This document shows, in pieces, positions 9,021-19,369 of a DNA stretch of 64,000 nt. The stretch lies in assembly GCA_963676915.2 (NCBI GenBank), contig CAXXVK010000010.1:128001-192000 (forward strand), written 5' to 3'. The position numbers were made by a program, and so were the translations under genes. Under the pieces are notes generated by a model. The model was not told the DNA's origin and did no database searches. It saw only the letters and a list, made by a program, of their open reading frames with translations. Each line of letters opens with the position of its first letter. Within the stretch, counting starts at the first letter, position 1. The stretch is from Myxococcota bacterium (GTDB lineage: Bacteria; Myxococcota_A; SURF-8; G963663525).

Positions 9021-10181
9021 TCAGCGCAGGGCTTCATCTCCTGCACCGAAATCACGATCGATGGACCACAGCCGCAGGATCTCTTCGTCGTGCTCGGCGG
9101 TTTCTCCTGCGATCATGCGCGTAACCAGTTGTCCCACGCCCGGTCCCAGCATAAAGCCCTGTCCGCACATCCCTACCGCATGTACGACGCCTTCGGTGGA
9201 AGGATCGTGAGCGATGATGGGGATGCCGTCCGGTGTGTTCGGATACTGGCCCCGCCAGGTGCGCCGTACGCGGATCGACCCCAGGCGCGGCAGAAGGCCG
9301 ACCATGCGGGAAGCCACCATCGGCAGAAATTCGCTTGTCGCGCGGATATCCACCCCGTGAAGCGGCGGGTCCGGCGTGATGCAGAAGACGATCTGTCCTT
9401 CCGCGTTCTGGTAGAAATAGTAATTCTTCGATCCCGGAGCCTTGCGGATATCCACCACCATCGGTTCGAAAAAGCGCTCTACCGGCTCGGTGATGCCCGC
9501 CTCGTGATTATCGGGACGCAGCGGAATGGTCGTTCCCAGCATGGCGCCGATGCGGTCGGCTCCCGTTCCCGAGGCATTGACCAGCCACCGGGCGCGGTGC
9601 TCTCCATCCGTTGTCGTTACGGTTTTCGTTCCGTCATCCTCGATATGAAGAGCGGTGACACGCTGGCGATAGGCGAACTCGGCCCCATGTTGTCTTGCGA
9701 CACGCTCGAATTCGGTAGCGCATAGCAACGGACTGGCGGAACCGTCGCCGGGAGAGTAGGTCGAGCCTTCCAAACCGTCGGAGGCAATTCCCGGCACGAT
9801 TTCGGACAGCCGGTCGGGGGAAATCCACTCGATGTCCAATCCGGATTTTTGCTGTGTTTTCACGAGGTTCTGGAGCATTTCGGCGTGCTCTGGCGTATAG
9901 GCGGGAAACACGTATCCCCCCTGAATCCAAGAAATGTCTCCACCCTCGCGCTCGTTCCAATGGCGGAAAACCTCCAGCGAATCGCTGCACAGCCAGATTT
10001 TCCCCGGGTCCGAATGGGTGGCCCGAATGCCTCCGATGGCGGTTTTGTTCTGTCCCTGTCCGGCGGAAGCGGCGGCATCGAGCACCCTTACTCGATATCC
10101 GGCACGTGCGAGAAACAAGGCTGTCGGCGTTCCGATGGAACCCGCGCCGATCACGAGGACATCCACGTCGGTTTTCGTCAT
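9021..10181 (-). CDS. FAD-dependent oxidoreductase, sarcosine oxidase beta / dye-linked proline dehydrogenase type (DAO family)
   Basis: IGAGSIG, TPDGIPII, GMCGQGFMLGP. Confidence 0.88.
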   Translation of the reverse strand: MTKTDVDVLVIGAGSIGTPTALFLARAGYRVRVLDAAASAGQGQNKTAIGGIRATHSDPGKIWLCSDSLEVFRHWNEREGGDISWIQGGYVFPAYTPEHAEMLQNLVKTQQKSGLDIEWISPDRLSEIVPGIASDGLEGSTYSPGDGSASPLLCATEFERVARQHGAEFAYRQRVTALHIEDDGTKTVTTTDGEHRARWLVNASGTGADRIGAMLGTTIPLRPDNHEAGITEPVERFFEPMVVDIRKAPGSKNYYFYQNAEGQIVFCITPDPPLHGVDIRATSEFLPMVASRMVGLLPRLGSIRVRRTWRGQYPNTPDGIPIIAHDPSTEGVVHAVGMCGQGFMLGPGVGQLVTRMIAGETAEHDEEILRLWSIDRDFGAGDEALR

Positions 10182-12268
10182 GATTTCACCTCGTTTTTCT
10201 TGTCGTTTCCTGCGAATGCCTCCAAAGGAACCTCGAAAGCCAGAGGTCGTAACGTGCCGGGTTTCACGTCATCCGGGGCGACGCCTTCTTCCCGGAACAG
10301 GCGCATCACCAGCGATCCGCAGGTTTTTCCGCCACAGGACCCCATCCCGACACGGATGGACTTCAGCGCGTTGATGTCGCGTACGCCTTCGCGGATTTTC
10401 CGGCGGATTTCCCCTGCCGTGACCCGCTCGCACTGGCAGACGATCACGTCGTCCGGCGTGGTTTCGGGCAGGATCGGTGGTTTGATTTCATGAAGCACCA
10501 TCTCGGGATCTTGATAGCGAACTCCCGCGACTTTGTGAGCCAAATCCACGGGAACTTCGAGCACCAGAAGGCTACGGCGGTCCTGGAATTTTGCACGACG
10601 GATTTTCAGCAGAGGAAAGCGTCCGAGTGGATCGCCGTTGACATCGGTGGCAACGAGTTCATCAGCCGGTTCCACATCGAGATTCATCTCGTAAGGAACC
10701 ACGACCTTGGCGTAACCTTCGCGGGATTTCCGGCGATCCACCAGGGTGATGGCCAGTCCGGGACAGACTGCCGAGCATTTGCCGCAGGCGGTGCAGTCCA
10801 CATCCGAGTCGAACACCGGAAGATCCAGAATGTTGCCGTACTCCGTTTCCAGCTTCAAGCCCTGACGGTCGCAAACCGACGTACAGGGGTTGCAGGGTAT
10901 CGGTTGAGAGCAGTGCAGCACCGGAAAAACGGTTTTGTCGAGCGGAGGTTCGGGGCGACTTGTCGTTTTTCCCGGTTTCGAACGTAGAATTTCGGCGGTG
11001 CGGGCCAGGTCTTCGGGGATTTCCATGTCGAATCCCAGTTCTCGGAGCATGTTCAACCCGGCGATTTTCCCACCGAACATCGCGGCGCTGGCCTCGGCGA
11101 TGCGGTCGGCATCTCCCGCTTTGTGGACGTTGAACCCGAATTCCTCGGCCTGACGGGCGAACTCGTTGACCGGTTCCAGTCCCACCGCGACAAGCAATGT
11201 ATCGCAAGCGAAGGTTCGCCAGTTTCCCTCGACGGGGCGAAGATTTTCGTCTGCACGGGCTACCGTGACGGACTCGACGCGCTCGGCACCGTTGGCCGAA
11301 ACGATGGTTGTTCCATCGAATACCGGAACGCCCAGTCGTCGGATTTTGTCGGCATGCACCTTGTAGCCGGTGACGCTCGGCAGAGCCTCGCAGACGCCGA
11401 CCACCTCGATTCCCGCTTGCATGGCGTGGTAGGCGGCGATCAACCCGACATTTCCCCCTCCGACGATGAAAATCCGCCGGGAACTGGGTACCATATCTCG
11501 GTTGACCAGGGTCTGAAACGCACCCGCGCCGTAGACGCCCGGAAGATCGCAGCCGGGAAATGCCAGGGCGCGTTCCCGTGCTCCGGCGGCGACGAGCAGG
11601 CTTTCGCATGTTACGAGCGAGTACTGCTTTCCATCGCGCAATATCCCGATTTTCCCATCGGAAAATACGCCGACGGCCTGGGAATTCAGCCAGATTTTGA
11701 CGGTAGGAAACGCCTGAAGTTCGTCGGCCAGTCGTGTTGCGATGTCCACGCCTCGCGTTCCGGCGTAGCATTCGTCGATGGAGCCGAAAAAGTTGTGGGT
11801 CTGGAGGACGAGTTTGCCGCCGGGGCGGTCTTTGTCGTCCACAACCAGCGTTTCCACACCTCGTTTTCCCAACTCCAAGGCCGCTTTCAGGCCAGCCGGT
11901 CCCGCGCCGACGATCAACGCTCGAACCGCAATATTTTCCACTGCTTCGCTCCGGGGAGCGGCTTGGGGTGCCGGAGGCCGTCCGCGCAGGGATTCCACCA
12001 TCATTCCTTCCACAAGCGGCGTGATGCAGGACTTGACCGCCCGGCCGTCGATCACCACCGTGCAGCGCGAGCACTGCCCGTTGGCGCAGAAAAGTCCTTG
12101 CGGGGCGTTGTCTTTGGGATGATGGCCGAAGACGGTGATCCCGTTGGCGACAAGCGCCGAACTGACGGCTTCGCCTTCGATGCCTTCGAGCGTTTTTCCG
12201 TTGAATGTGAAGGGTACGGTCTTCCCGGTCGGGGGCGCGAGAATCGGATGCCTGTCGATGTGGCTCAT
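10178..12268 (-). CDS. Multidomain FAD/NAD oxidoreductase with 2Fe-2S, 4Fe-4S and BFD-like clusters (sarcosine oxidase alpha-like)
   Basis: FCANGQCSRC, GAGPAG, GGGNVG, CSQPIPCNPC, CTACGKCSAVCP, CQCE...GSCGGKTC; overlaps the beta gene by 4 bp. Confidence 0.88.
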   Translation of the reverse strand: MSHIDRHPILAPPTGKTVPFTFNGKTLEGIEGEAVSSALVANGITVFGHHPKDNAPQGLFCANGQCSRCTVVIDGRAVKSCITPLVEGMMVESLRGRPPAPQAAPRSEAVENIAVRALIVGAGPAGLKAALELGKRGVETLVVDDKDRPGGKLVLQTHNFFGSIDECYAGTRGVDIATRLADELQAFPTVKIWLNSQAVGVFSDGKIGILRDGKQYSLVTCESLLVAAGARERALAFPGCDLPGVYGAGAFQTLVNRDMVPSSRRIFIVGGGNVGLIAAYHAMQAGIEVVGVCEALPSVTGYKVHADKIRRLGVPVFDGTTIVSANGAERVESVTVARADENLRPVEGNWRTFACDTLLVAVGLEPVNEFARQAEEFGFNVHKAGDADRIAEASAAMFGGKIAGLNMLRELGFDMEIPEDLARTAEILRSKPGKTTSRPEPPLDKTVFPVLHCSQPIPCNPCTSVCDRQGLKLETEYGNILDLPVFDSDVDCTACGKCSAVCPGLAITLVDRRKSREGYAKVVVPYEMNLDVEPADELVATDVNGDPLGRFPLLKIRRAKFQDRRSLLVLEVPVDLAHKVAGVRYQDPEMVLHEIKPPILPETTPDDVIVCQCERVTAGEIRRKIREGVRDINALKSIRVGMGSCGGKTCGSLVMRLFREEGVAPDDVKPGTLRPLAFEVPLEAFAGNDKKNEVKS

Positions 12269-12695
12269 ATATACCTCGTTTCCGTAAGGTTCGACGGAAG
12301 AAGGAATCTCCACTTCTCCCTTCTTGCATACCATAAAGATATTATTAAAGAAACCCGTCATCCCCCTGTTTTAGGGTTAGCAGGCATGAATAATTTTTCG
12401 GCTCAAAGATCGTTTCGATCATAGGATTGATATATCGAGGAAAAAGGTGCGTACAGGTTGGTTGGCAGGGATTGAAGCCACAAGCCGGAAGAAAACAGGC
12501 ATAAAAACGTAGACCAATACCTTTATTTGCAGTTTCTTTCGTTACATAAGCGACGGATTCGCCTGTTTTTTCTTTCGATTGCTGTACTGCGTCATTTTCT
12601 CTTGACTTCGTCCCTGAGCGGCTGTAATCAACATTTGTATTGAGAAAGCGTAAGCGATCCATGCAAAATCACGAGCTTTTTTCATTTCGGGCGAC

Positions 12696-12713
12696 TGAAT
12701 GAAGGCTCATTCA
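12696..12713. promoter_or_regulatory. Palindromic operator TGAATGA-N4-TCATTCA (TetR-type FadR-box-like)
   Basis: Perfect 7-bp inverted repeat about 130 bp upstream of an acyl-CoA dehydrogenase. Confidence 0.6.
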
Positions 12714-12844
12714 AAAACTGTTGGAAAAAAACGGGCGATTGCATTATGATCGCCCGCGAGATTGTTTTGACTCGATCCGTGGCAGGGCGTAATCCGGCCT
12801 CGGACTGATTCTTTTGTTCACTCCATTTGCCGAAGGAGAACCCC

Positions 12845-14686
12845 ATGTTCCGTATTGAAGACCGCGACATTATGTTCAACCTTTATGAGTATCTGAACGC
12901 CGAAGAACTGCTGTCTCTTCCGGCATACGAGGATTTGGACAAAGAAACGTTCGACATTTTGCTGGACAGCGCATTCAAAATCGCCAAGGAAGTCCTTGCT
13001 CCCATCAACGTCACCGGCGACCGCGAAGGATGCAGCCTCGACAAAGACAGCAACGTGCACATTCCCGAAGGTTTCAAAGAAGCCTGGGACGAGTACGTTG
13101 AAGGCGGCTGGATCGGCCTGACCGCCGACCCCGAATTCGGTGGCACCGGCGCTCCGCAATTGGTGGGTATGGCGGCCAACGAAGCCTTCAGCAGCGCCAA
13201 CATGGCGTTCAGCATGTATCCCGGACTGACCCACGCCAACGTGGCCATGATCCTCGACGAAGGCAGCGACGAGCAGAAAGCCGTCTACGCCGAAAACATG
13301 CTGACCGGTAAATGGGGCGGCACGATGTGCTTGACCGAAGCCGGTGCCGGTTCCGCCGTGGGCGACAACAAAGCCACCGCCGTGAAAATCCGCGAAGGCA
13401 TTTACAAAATCGTCGGCCAGAAGATTTTCATCTCCTCCGGTGATCATCCCCTTACCGAGAACAACATCCACGCCGTTTTGGCTCGCACCCCCGACGCCCC
13501 GGCGGGCATCAAGGGTCTGTCCCTGTTCCTCGTTCCGAAATACCGCGTGAACGAAGACGGCAGCCTGGGCGAGTTCAACGACGTGACCTGCGTCGGCATC
13601 GAGCACAAAATGGGCATCAAAGGTTCCGCCACCTGCACGTTGGCTTTCGGTGAAAGCGACAACTGCGAAGGTTGGATCGTCGGCAACGAAGGCGACGGCA
13701 TCAAGATCATGTTCCATATCATGAACGAAGCCCGGCTGGGTGTTGGCCTGCAAAGCCTGTCCATCGCCGCCGCCGCCTACAACGAAGCGCTGGATTACTG
13801 CCGCGAGCGCATCCAGGGCGTCGATATGGCCAATTTCAAAGATCCCAACGCTCCCCGCGTTCCGATCATCAACCATCCCGATGTCCGCCGCATGCTGTTG
13901 ACCCAGCGCGCTTACGTCCACGGACTGCGTGCCCTGATGTACAAAACGGCCAAATGGGGCGATTACGCACTGAAGGGCGAAGGCGATGCGCAGAAGAAAG
14001 CCCACGCTTTCATCGAACTGCTGACCCCGATCTGCAAAGCCTACGGTTCCGACATGGCCTTTGAAGTGACCCGCTTGGCCGTCCAGTCCATGGGTGGTTA
14101 CGGGTACATCTCCGAATACCCGGTCGAACAATACATGCGCGACTGCAAAATCTGCTCGATCTACGAAGGAACCAACGGCATTCAGGCCATGGACCTCGTA
14201 GGCCGCAAGATGGGGATGAAGGGCGGCATGGTTTTCATGCAGTTCGTCGGCGAAGTCAGCGAGTTCATCGCCAAAGCCAAAGAATGCGAAGCGACCAAGG
14301 GTTACATCGGCGAGTTGGAGAAATCCCTCGAAGATATCCAGGCCGTCGCCATGACCTTCATGGGCAAAAACATGTCCGGCGAGACCCTGTACGTGCTGCA
14401 GCAGGCCACTCCGTTCCTGCGCTTCATGGGTAACCTCGTCATCGGTTGGTTGCTCGCCGAGCAGGCCATGATCGCCGACGAGAAACTGCAAGCCATCTTC
14501 AAGGACAAAGGCGCCGAGGATGACGCCGCGAAGAAGGCCGTAGTCGACGACAGCTCCGAGGCCGCCTTCTACGACGCCAAAGTCAAAACCGCGAAGTTCT
14601 TCATGATGAACCTGCTTCCGGAAAACCGCTCGCTGGCCCAAGGCATGCTGAGCGAAGACACCTCCATCCTGGACGTGGTGCTGTAA
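12845..14686 (+). CDS. Acyl-CoA dehydrogenase (long, ~600 aa type)
   Basis: GTMCLTEAGAGS, GQKIFISSG, EHKMGIKGSAT, GGYGY, IYEGTNGIQAMDL; AAGGAG RBS. Confidence 0.95.
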   Translation: MFRIEDRDIMFNLYEYLNAEELLSLPAYEDLDKETFDILLDSAFKIAKEVLAPINVTGDREGCSLDKDSNVHIPEGFKEAWDEYVEGGWIGLTADPEFGGTGAPQLVGMAANEAFSSANMAFSMYPGLTHANVAMILDEGSDEQKAVYAENMLTGKWGGTMCLTEAGAGSAVGDNKATAVKIREGIYKIVGQKIFISSGDHPLTENNIHAVLARTPDAPAGIKGLSLFLVPKYRVNEDGSLGEFNDVTCVGIEHKMGIKGSATCTLAFGESDNCEGWIVGNEGDGIKIMFHIMNEARLGVGLQSLSIAAAAYNEALDYCRERIQGVDMANFKDPNAPRVPIINHPDVRRMLLTQRAYVHGLRALMYKTAKWGDYALKGEGDAQKKAHAFIELLTPICKAYGSDMAFEVTRLAVQSMGGYGYISEYPVEQYMRDCKICSIYEGTNGIQAMDLVGRKMGMKGGMVFMQFVGEVSEFIAKAKECEATKGYIGELEKSLEDIQAVAMTFMGKNMSGETLYVLQQATPFLRFMGNLVIGWLLAEQAMIADEKLQAIFKDKGAEDDAAKKAVVDDSSEAAFYDAKVKTAKFFMMNLLPENRSLAQGMLSEDTSILDVVL

Positions 14687-14740
14687 ATCGATCTTTCGTT
14701 TCGTACAACGGCAGGTGGAAACGCCTGCCGCTAGAAACTC

Positions 14741-14768
14741 AAAACCCCGCGATGTCGCGGGGTTTTTT
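14741..14768 (+). terminator. Intrinsic terminator
   Basis: aaaaccccgcga-tg-tcgcggggtttttt. Confidence 0.85.
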
Positions 14769-14790
14769 CGTCGATGTTCTTTTATGCGGG

Positions 14791-14972
14791 TTAGCCCGGA
14801 TTATTCATGAGGATCGTAGCGAGACGTAGAAAAACGATGATATTTCATGAAGTTGGAACGATTTTCACCTGCAGGCATACTGAACAGTCTGTCGAGGATG
14901 AAAATCGAGAAACGAATGAAATATCAAGAATTTTCAAGTCGTAGTAGATTCTTCTTGAATCATCCGGGTTAG
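14791..14972. mobile_element. MITE-like element with TTAG flanking duplication
   Basis: Terminal IRs cccggattattcatga / tcttgaatcatccggg (14 of 16 match), TTAG on both sides, no ORF. Confidence 0.65.
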
Positions 14973-15976
14973 AGATCGCGGCGACCCTGGATGAAGTCCT
15001 CCAGCATTTTCACGTCGTAGGTGGAGCCGATGTACAAAGGAACCCTCTGGTGCAGCGATTCGGGTTTGATATCGAGAATCGGAATCTCACCGTTGGAAGC
15101 ATAGCCTCCCGCCTGCTCGACGATAAAGGCCAGCGGGCTGGCTTCGTACAGCAGACGCAATTTGCCGTTGGGGGATTTTTCGGTTGGCGGATACATGAAC
15201 ACGCCGCCGTACAGCAGATTGCGGTGGATGTCGGCGACCATCGATCCGATGTAACGTGCCGACATGGGCAGTTTTTCCTTTTTGTTGGGCGTTTTTACGT
15301 ATTGGATGTACTTTTTCACGCCTTCCGGGAAGGCATCGGAATGTCCCTCGTTGGTGCTGTAGATTTTCGCCCGTTCCGGCGTGCGGATATCCGGGTGACT
15401 CAGCAGGAAATCCCCGATAGCCGGGTGCAGCGTGAAACCGTGGACGCCGTGGCCGGTGGAGTAGACGAAAATCGAAGACGACCCGTAGATCACATATCCG
15501 GCAGCGACGAGGTGCCGACCCGGTTGCAGCAGTTCGCCTTCGGCGGGTTGTCCCAGACGTCGGCGATGAATGGCGAAAATCGTGCCGATGGACACGTTGG
15601 CATCGATGTTGGATGACCCATCGAGCGGATCGAAGCTGATCACGTACCGCCCATAGGTGTTCTCGCTAGGTACGAGAATCGCCTTTTCCTCTTCCTCCGA
15701 ACTCATTGCGGCAATCAACCCGCTGCGGGACAGAACGTTTTTCATCAACTCATTGGCCCAGACATCGAGCTTCTGTTGTTCCTCGCCCTGGACGTTTTCA
15801 TGGTTGGCTTTGCCCAGAATATCGGCCAGACCGGCCTTGTTGGTATCCTTGTTGATGACTTTGCAGCAAAAAGCGATATCCATCAGGATTTTGGACAACT
15901 CGCCGGTGGCTTGCGGGTTGTACATCCGTTGCGATTCGACGATATGGCGTTCAATGGTCATCCACGGTTGTGGCAT
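14969..15976 (-). CDS. fbp: Class 1 fructose-1,6-bisphosphatase
   Basis: GEEQQKLDV, FDPLDGSSNID, RYIGSMVAD, GKLRLLYEA. Confidence 0.96.
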   Translation of the reverse strand: MPQPWMTIERHIVESQRMYNPQATGELSKILMDIAFCCKVINKDTNKAGLADILGKANHENVQGEEQQKLDVWANELMKNVLSRSGLIAAMSSEEEEKAILVPSENTYGRYVISFDPLDGSSNIDANVSIGTIFAIHRRRLGQPAEGELLQPGRHLVAAGYVIYGSSSIFVYSTGHGVHGFTLHPAIGDFLLSHPDIRTPERAKIYSTNEGHSDAFPEGVKKYIQYVKTPNKKEKLPMSARYIGSMVADIHRNLLYGGVFMYPPTEKSPNGKLRLLYEASPLAFIVEQAGGYASNGEIPILDIKPESLHQRVPLYIGSTYDVKMLEDFIQGRRDL

Positions 15977-16092
15977 GGAATGTCTCCTTTTCAAAAAAAA
16001 ACACGGGCTATCCACCCGTGCGTATACGTAGAAAATCCCCCAGGGTCTCGTGACACAAAATTGTTTTCATGTTCTCTTTTTCCGCTGAAAAA

Positions 16093-16122
16093 ATTGTAAA
16101 TAACGTACCAAAGGATTGTCAA
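16093..16122 (-). promoter_or_regulatory. Sigma70-like promoter for fbp
   Basis: Minus strand TTGACA-18 nt-TACAAT. Confidence 0.6.
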
Positions 16123-16202
16123 CTGTTTTGACGAGGTTTTTTTTTGGTCTTAACCGTAGGCAGTGGTATCGTGGCCCGACCAAAAAGGCATCCGGAGGAA
16201 AC

Positions 16203-17123
16203 GTGACCGAACGGAAGACCACTCGAACCCAGCGATTTTTCGCTTTTTTCGTAGCGATAGCGCTTCTAGCGCTGATGGCGTGGTCCGTATCGTTTTATTC
16301 TGGTTTATGGTCTTCCGAAATCCACCCGGACGACTGGAAACACGCCGCCGAGCGCATCGCCAAAGACTTTCAACCGGGTGATATCGTAGTGGTTTCCCCA
16401 AGCTGGCTCAGTTTCGGCGAACGGGAACTGGTGCTTCGCGGGTTGGAGTACCGTCAAGCCGATCACCCGGAAATCGAGGAGTTTCCGCGAGCGAAACGGC
16501 TGTGGGTCATGTCCGCTTACGGACGCTGCGATTTCGACGCCATGGAGCGCAAAACCGGCGCACCTTTGGTGAAGGAAAAAATCGGAGCCTTTACCGTAGC
16601 GCTGTTCGACGCCGGAGGTTTCGCGACGGGTCGGTACATTCTCGTGGATCACGTTCCCGAGGCCGAGGTGTATGTCAAACTCCCGAACGAACGACATTTT
16701 TGTCCCTGGAAGCCCGATAAAAACATGCACCTGTGCGACGAAAACCAGGACTGGCACAGTGTTTACACCCGCACGCATGTACGACGCGGAATGGTGCGAA
16801 AATCCATTTGGGCGCATCCGGTGCAAAACGGCCAGAAAACCCTTGTGTTTCACGACGTAAAACTGGGTTCCCGAATCGTTGTCGGATACGGCATGACCGA
16901 ATGGGCCGCCGCGTTGGATGGTGGCGGAACGGTCTATCTGGAATTCCGCACCGAAACCGACCTGCTGGCGAAATACACCATGGAAAACCGTTCCGGCTGG
17001 TTTCGTGGAAGCATCGACACAGCCGGTCTGAAAGGTAGCATTCACGATTTGCACGTCGTTCTGACGACCAACAACCAGGGACGTCGCCATCTCTTTTTCG
17101 AAGCGTTTGTGACCGATGATTGA
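16203..17123 (+). CDS. Hypothetical membrane-anchored periplasmic protein resembling GT-C C-terminal domains
   Basis: GTG 16203 with GGAGG RBS; single N-terminal TM; overlaps the downstream GT gene. Confidence 0.7.
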   Translation: MTERKTTRTQRFFAFFVAIALLALMAWSVSFYSGLWSSEIHPDDWKHAAERIAKDFQPGDIVVVSPSWLSFGERELVLRGLEYRQADHPEIEEFPRAKRLWVMSAYGRCDFDAMERKTGAPLVKEKIGAFTVALFDAGGFATGRYILVDHVPEAEVYVKLPNERHFCPWKPDKNMHLCDENQDWHSVYTRTHVRRGMVRKSIWAHPVQNGQKTLVFHDVKLGSRIVVGYGMTEWAAALDGGGTVYLEFRTETDLLAKYTMENRSGWFRGSIDTAGLKGSIHDLHVVLTTNNQGRRHLFFEAFVTDD

Positions 17124-19107
17124 ACCGAACGAAAACCGAAGCTTTTTTGCACGTACCGGGCTGGGGCTTGTCCTGGCGCTGGCGTACGTCGTGACCATCG
17201 GCCTGACCTGGGACGGCGTCGGTTATGCCAAAGATGAGGGATATTATTTCAGCGCGGCCAAGTCGAATTTCGGCTGGTACACTTCGCTGTTTGAAAATCT
17301 TTTCGACGGTCATCCCGAACGTTCATTCACGGAAAAGGACATCGAGCGTCACTGGAAAAACAACGCCGAGCATCCGCCGTTGCTCAAAGTGCTGATGGGG
17401 TTGTCCAACCATCTGACGAACCGCTGGATTCCTTTGTTGAATTACGGCAACAGCCATCGGGCGTATTCGCTGCTGTTTTCGTTTTTACTGATTCTTTTCC
17501 TGTATCGTTTCACCGCCGAACGCTGGGGACCACCGGTGGCCGTCGGTGCGGTGGCGCTGTATAGCGTGATGCCGCATCCGTTCTTCCACGCGCACCTCAA
17601 TGCTTTCGATACGCCCGCCGTGACGCTGTGGCTGCTGGGGCTGCTGATTTTCCGCCGAGCGATGGTTTCCCGGCGCTGGGCCTGGGGGGCCGGTCTGTAT
17701 TGGGGAACCGCCATCGCATCGCGCAACCTGATGTATTTCTTGCCGTTTCTCTTTCTGGTGCTGTACATGGTTTCTCCGTATCGACGCCGATTCTTCGCGT
17801 TTTTCCCGGCGATTCCGCAGCGCATCCAACAGACACCGAAATGGAAATTCGCCCTTGTCGGCGCGTGTTTCGTGCTACCGTTTCCCCTATGGGCTTTTGG
17901 GGTGGAATGGCTGAACCTCGGGATCGTCGTGTCGCTCGTGGTGTTGTGCACCTGGCTGAGTATCGCTCTGCTGCGCAAAAACTCGACCTTCCCGCTGCAC
18001 TGGGCTACGGCGTTGAGCACCTTGCTGTTTGCTCCGTTGTTGCAGGTCGTGTACTGGCCGTGGATATGGTTCGACACCTGGAGTCGGCTGGGCGTGTTTT
18101 TCAAGCGACATCTCAATCCTCCGGCCTGGGAGACGTATTACCTGGGGGATATGCAGTACAATCCGCCGCCGTTTCCCTGGCATTATCCTTTCGTGATGTC
18201 TTCTTACACGATTCCGGTGACGATCCTGTTTCTTCTGCTGGTCGGGTTGGTGGTGCTGGGTTGGCGAATGAAAAAAATTGCGCCAAAGGAAAACGAAACG
18301 CTCCAAACCGCACCAAAGGCCGAAACGTTTTCGACAACCTGGGAGTCCGAGCACGTTCTGTGTACCTCCGATGACGAGAAAACGCCGGTGGTCACTCCCC
18401 GTTGGGATACGCTGCTTGTACTGTTGGGAGCCGTGACACCGTTGTTGATTATCGCCAACCCGAAAACCCCCGTGTATGGCGGCACCAAGCATTTTATGGC
18501 CGCACTGCCGTTTTTTGCCATTGGCGGGGCGTTGGTGTTGAAACAGACCGCTACGATCCTGGCCGGGGTGCTGCGTTCCCCAAAAGCGGTTGCGCCGGTG
18601 TTTTCGGTGTTGTTGGCCATCGCTCTCGTGCCTGGAGTTTTAGGGATCGTAAACGCGCATCCACAGTGTCTAAGCTATTACAACGAATTGATGGGCGGAA
18701 CCAACGCTGCCGAGGAAGTCGGTATGCAACGCACGTTCTGGGCGGTTTCCACGCGTGGCGTGCTGGACGAACTCAACCGGATTGCACCGGAACGGGCGAA
18801 AGTCTATTACAACAACACGCCGTGGGATTCGCTCAACGCCTATCGTCAGGACGGCCTGTTGCGCAAGGATCTGCGCCGCACGGACAAAATGGACGAAGCG
18901 GACTTTTTCGTGCTGAACAACTGGAGGGTGCATTACGATTGGATCTATGAAATGCGCGAGAGTCTGGGAACCCCTTATGCCCTCGATGCGGTGACGGTCA
19001 ACGGCCTGCCGCTGTGCGAACTTTACAGCAACGCGAAAAAGCATCCCGATCTCACTCCCAAAGCGGCGACGGCCAAATCTTTTTCCAAAAAATCAGAGAA
19101 CAAATAG
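17116..19107 (+). CDS. GT-C (GT39/PMT-like) glycosyltransferase
   Basis: DE motif after TM1 (KDEG), EHPPL, multiple TMs, C-terminal periplasmic domain (LSYYNELMGG). Confidence 0.8.
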   Translation: MIEPNENRSFFARTGLGLVLALAYVVTIGLTWDGVGYAKDEGYYFSAAKSNFGWYTSLFENLFDGHPERSFTEKDIERHWKNNAEHPPLLKVLMGLSNHLTNRWIPLLNYGNSHRAYSLLFSFLLILFLYRFTAERWGPPVAVGAVALYSVMPHPFFHAHLNAFDTPAVTLWLLGLLIFRRAMVSRRWAWGAGLYWGTAIASRNLMYFLPFLFLVLYMVSPYRRRFFAFFPAIPQRIQQTPKWKFALVGACFVLPFPLWAFGVEWLNLGIVVSLVVLCTWLSIALLRKNSTFPLHWATALSTLLFAPLLQVVYWPWIWFDTWSRLGVFFKRHLNPPAWETYYLGDMQYNPPPFPWHYPFVMSSYTIPVTILFLLLVGLVVLGWRMKKIAPKENETLQTAPKAETFSTTWESEHVLCTSDDEKTPVVTPRWDTLLVLLGAVTPLLIIANPKTPVYGGTKHFMAALPFFAIGGALVLKQTATILAGVLRSPKAVAPVFSVLLAIALVPGVLGIVNAHPQCLSYYNELMGGTNAAEEVGMQRTFWAVSTRGVLDELNRIAPERAKVYYNNTPWDSLNAYRQDGLLRKDLRRTDKMDEADFFVLNNWRVHYDWIYEMRESLGTPYALDAVTVNGLPLCELYSNAKKHPDLTPKAATAKSFSKKSENK

Positions 19108-19369
19108 TTATTGATTCTTTTTTTCGTAAAAACTTCCGAAAACAGACCTTCGTTTGTGGGATTACGCGAATATTGCGGCCTAACAATGACTTTGCGGGAA
19201 TTGTAACTCTATTGAATGGATTATAACCAGGCAGTCACTGTCGACTTTTAATCAAACATTGGATAACAAATTGGAATAATTGGAAAAATTTCTTTGCGCC
19301 GAAACGTTTTTCGAGATACTTTGCTTGACAGGAAGGGGGAAATACGTTAGCGATTATCGTTACGATCTT

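Noticed and set aside
12818-14641. 607-aa ORF antisense to the acyl-CoA dehydrogenase, and similar long shadow ORFs (10662-12329, 21697-23403, 42645-43916, 63056-63961)
   Set aside because: They overlap well-supported genes, lack motifs and are expected from GC-rich codon bias
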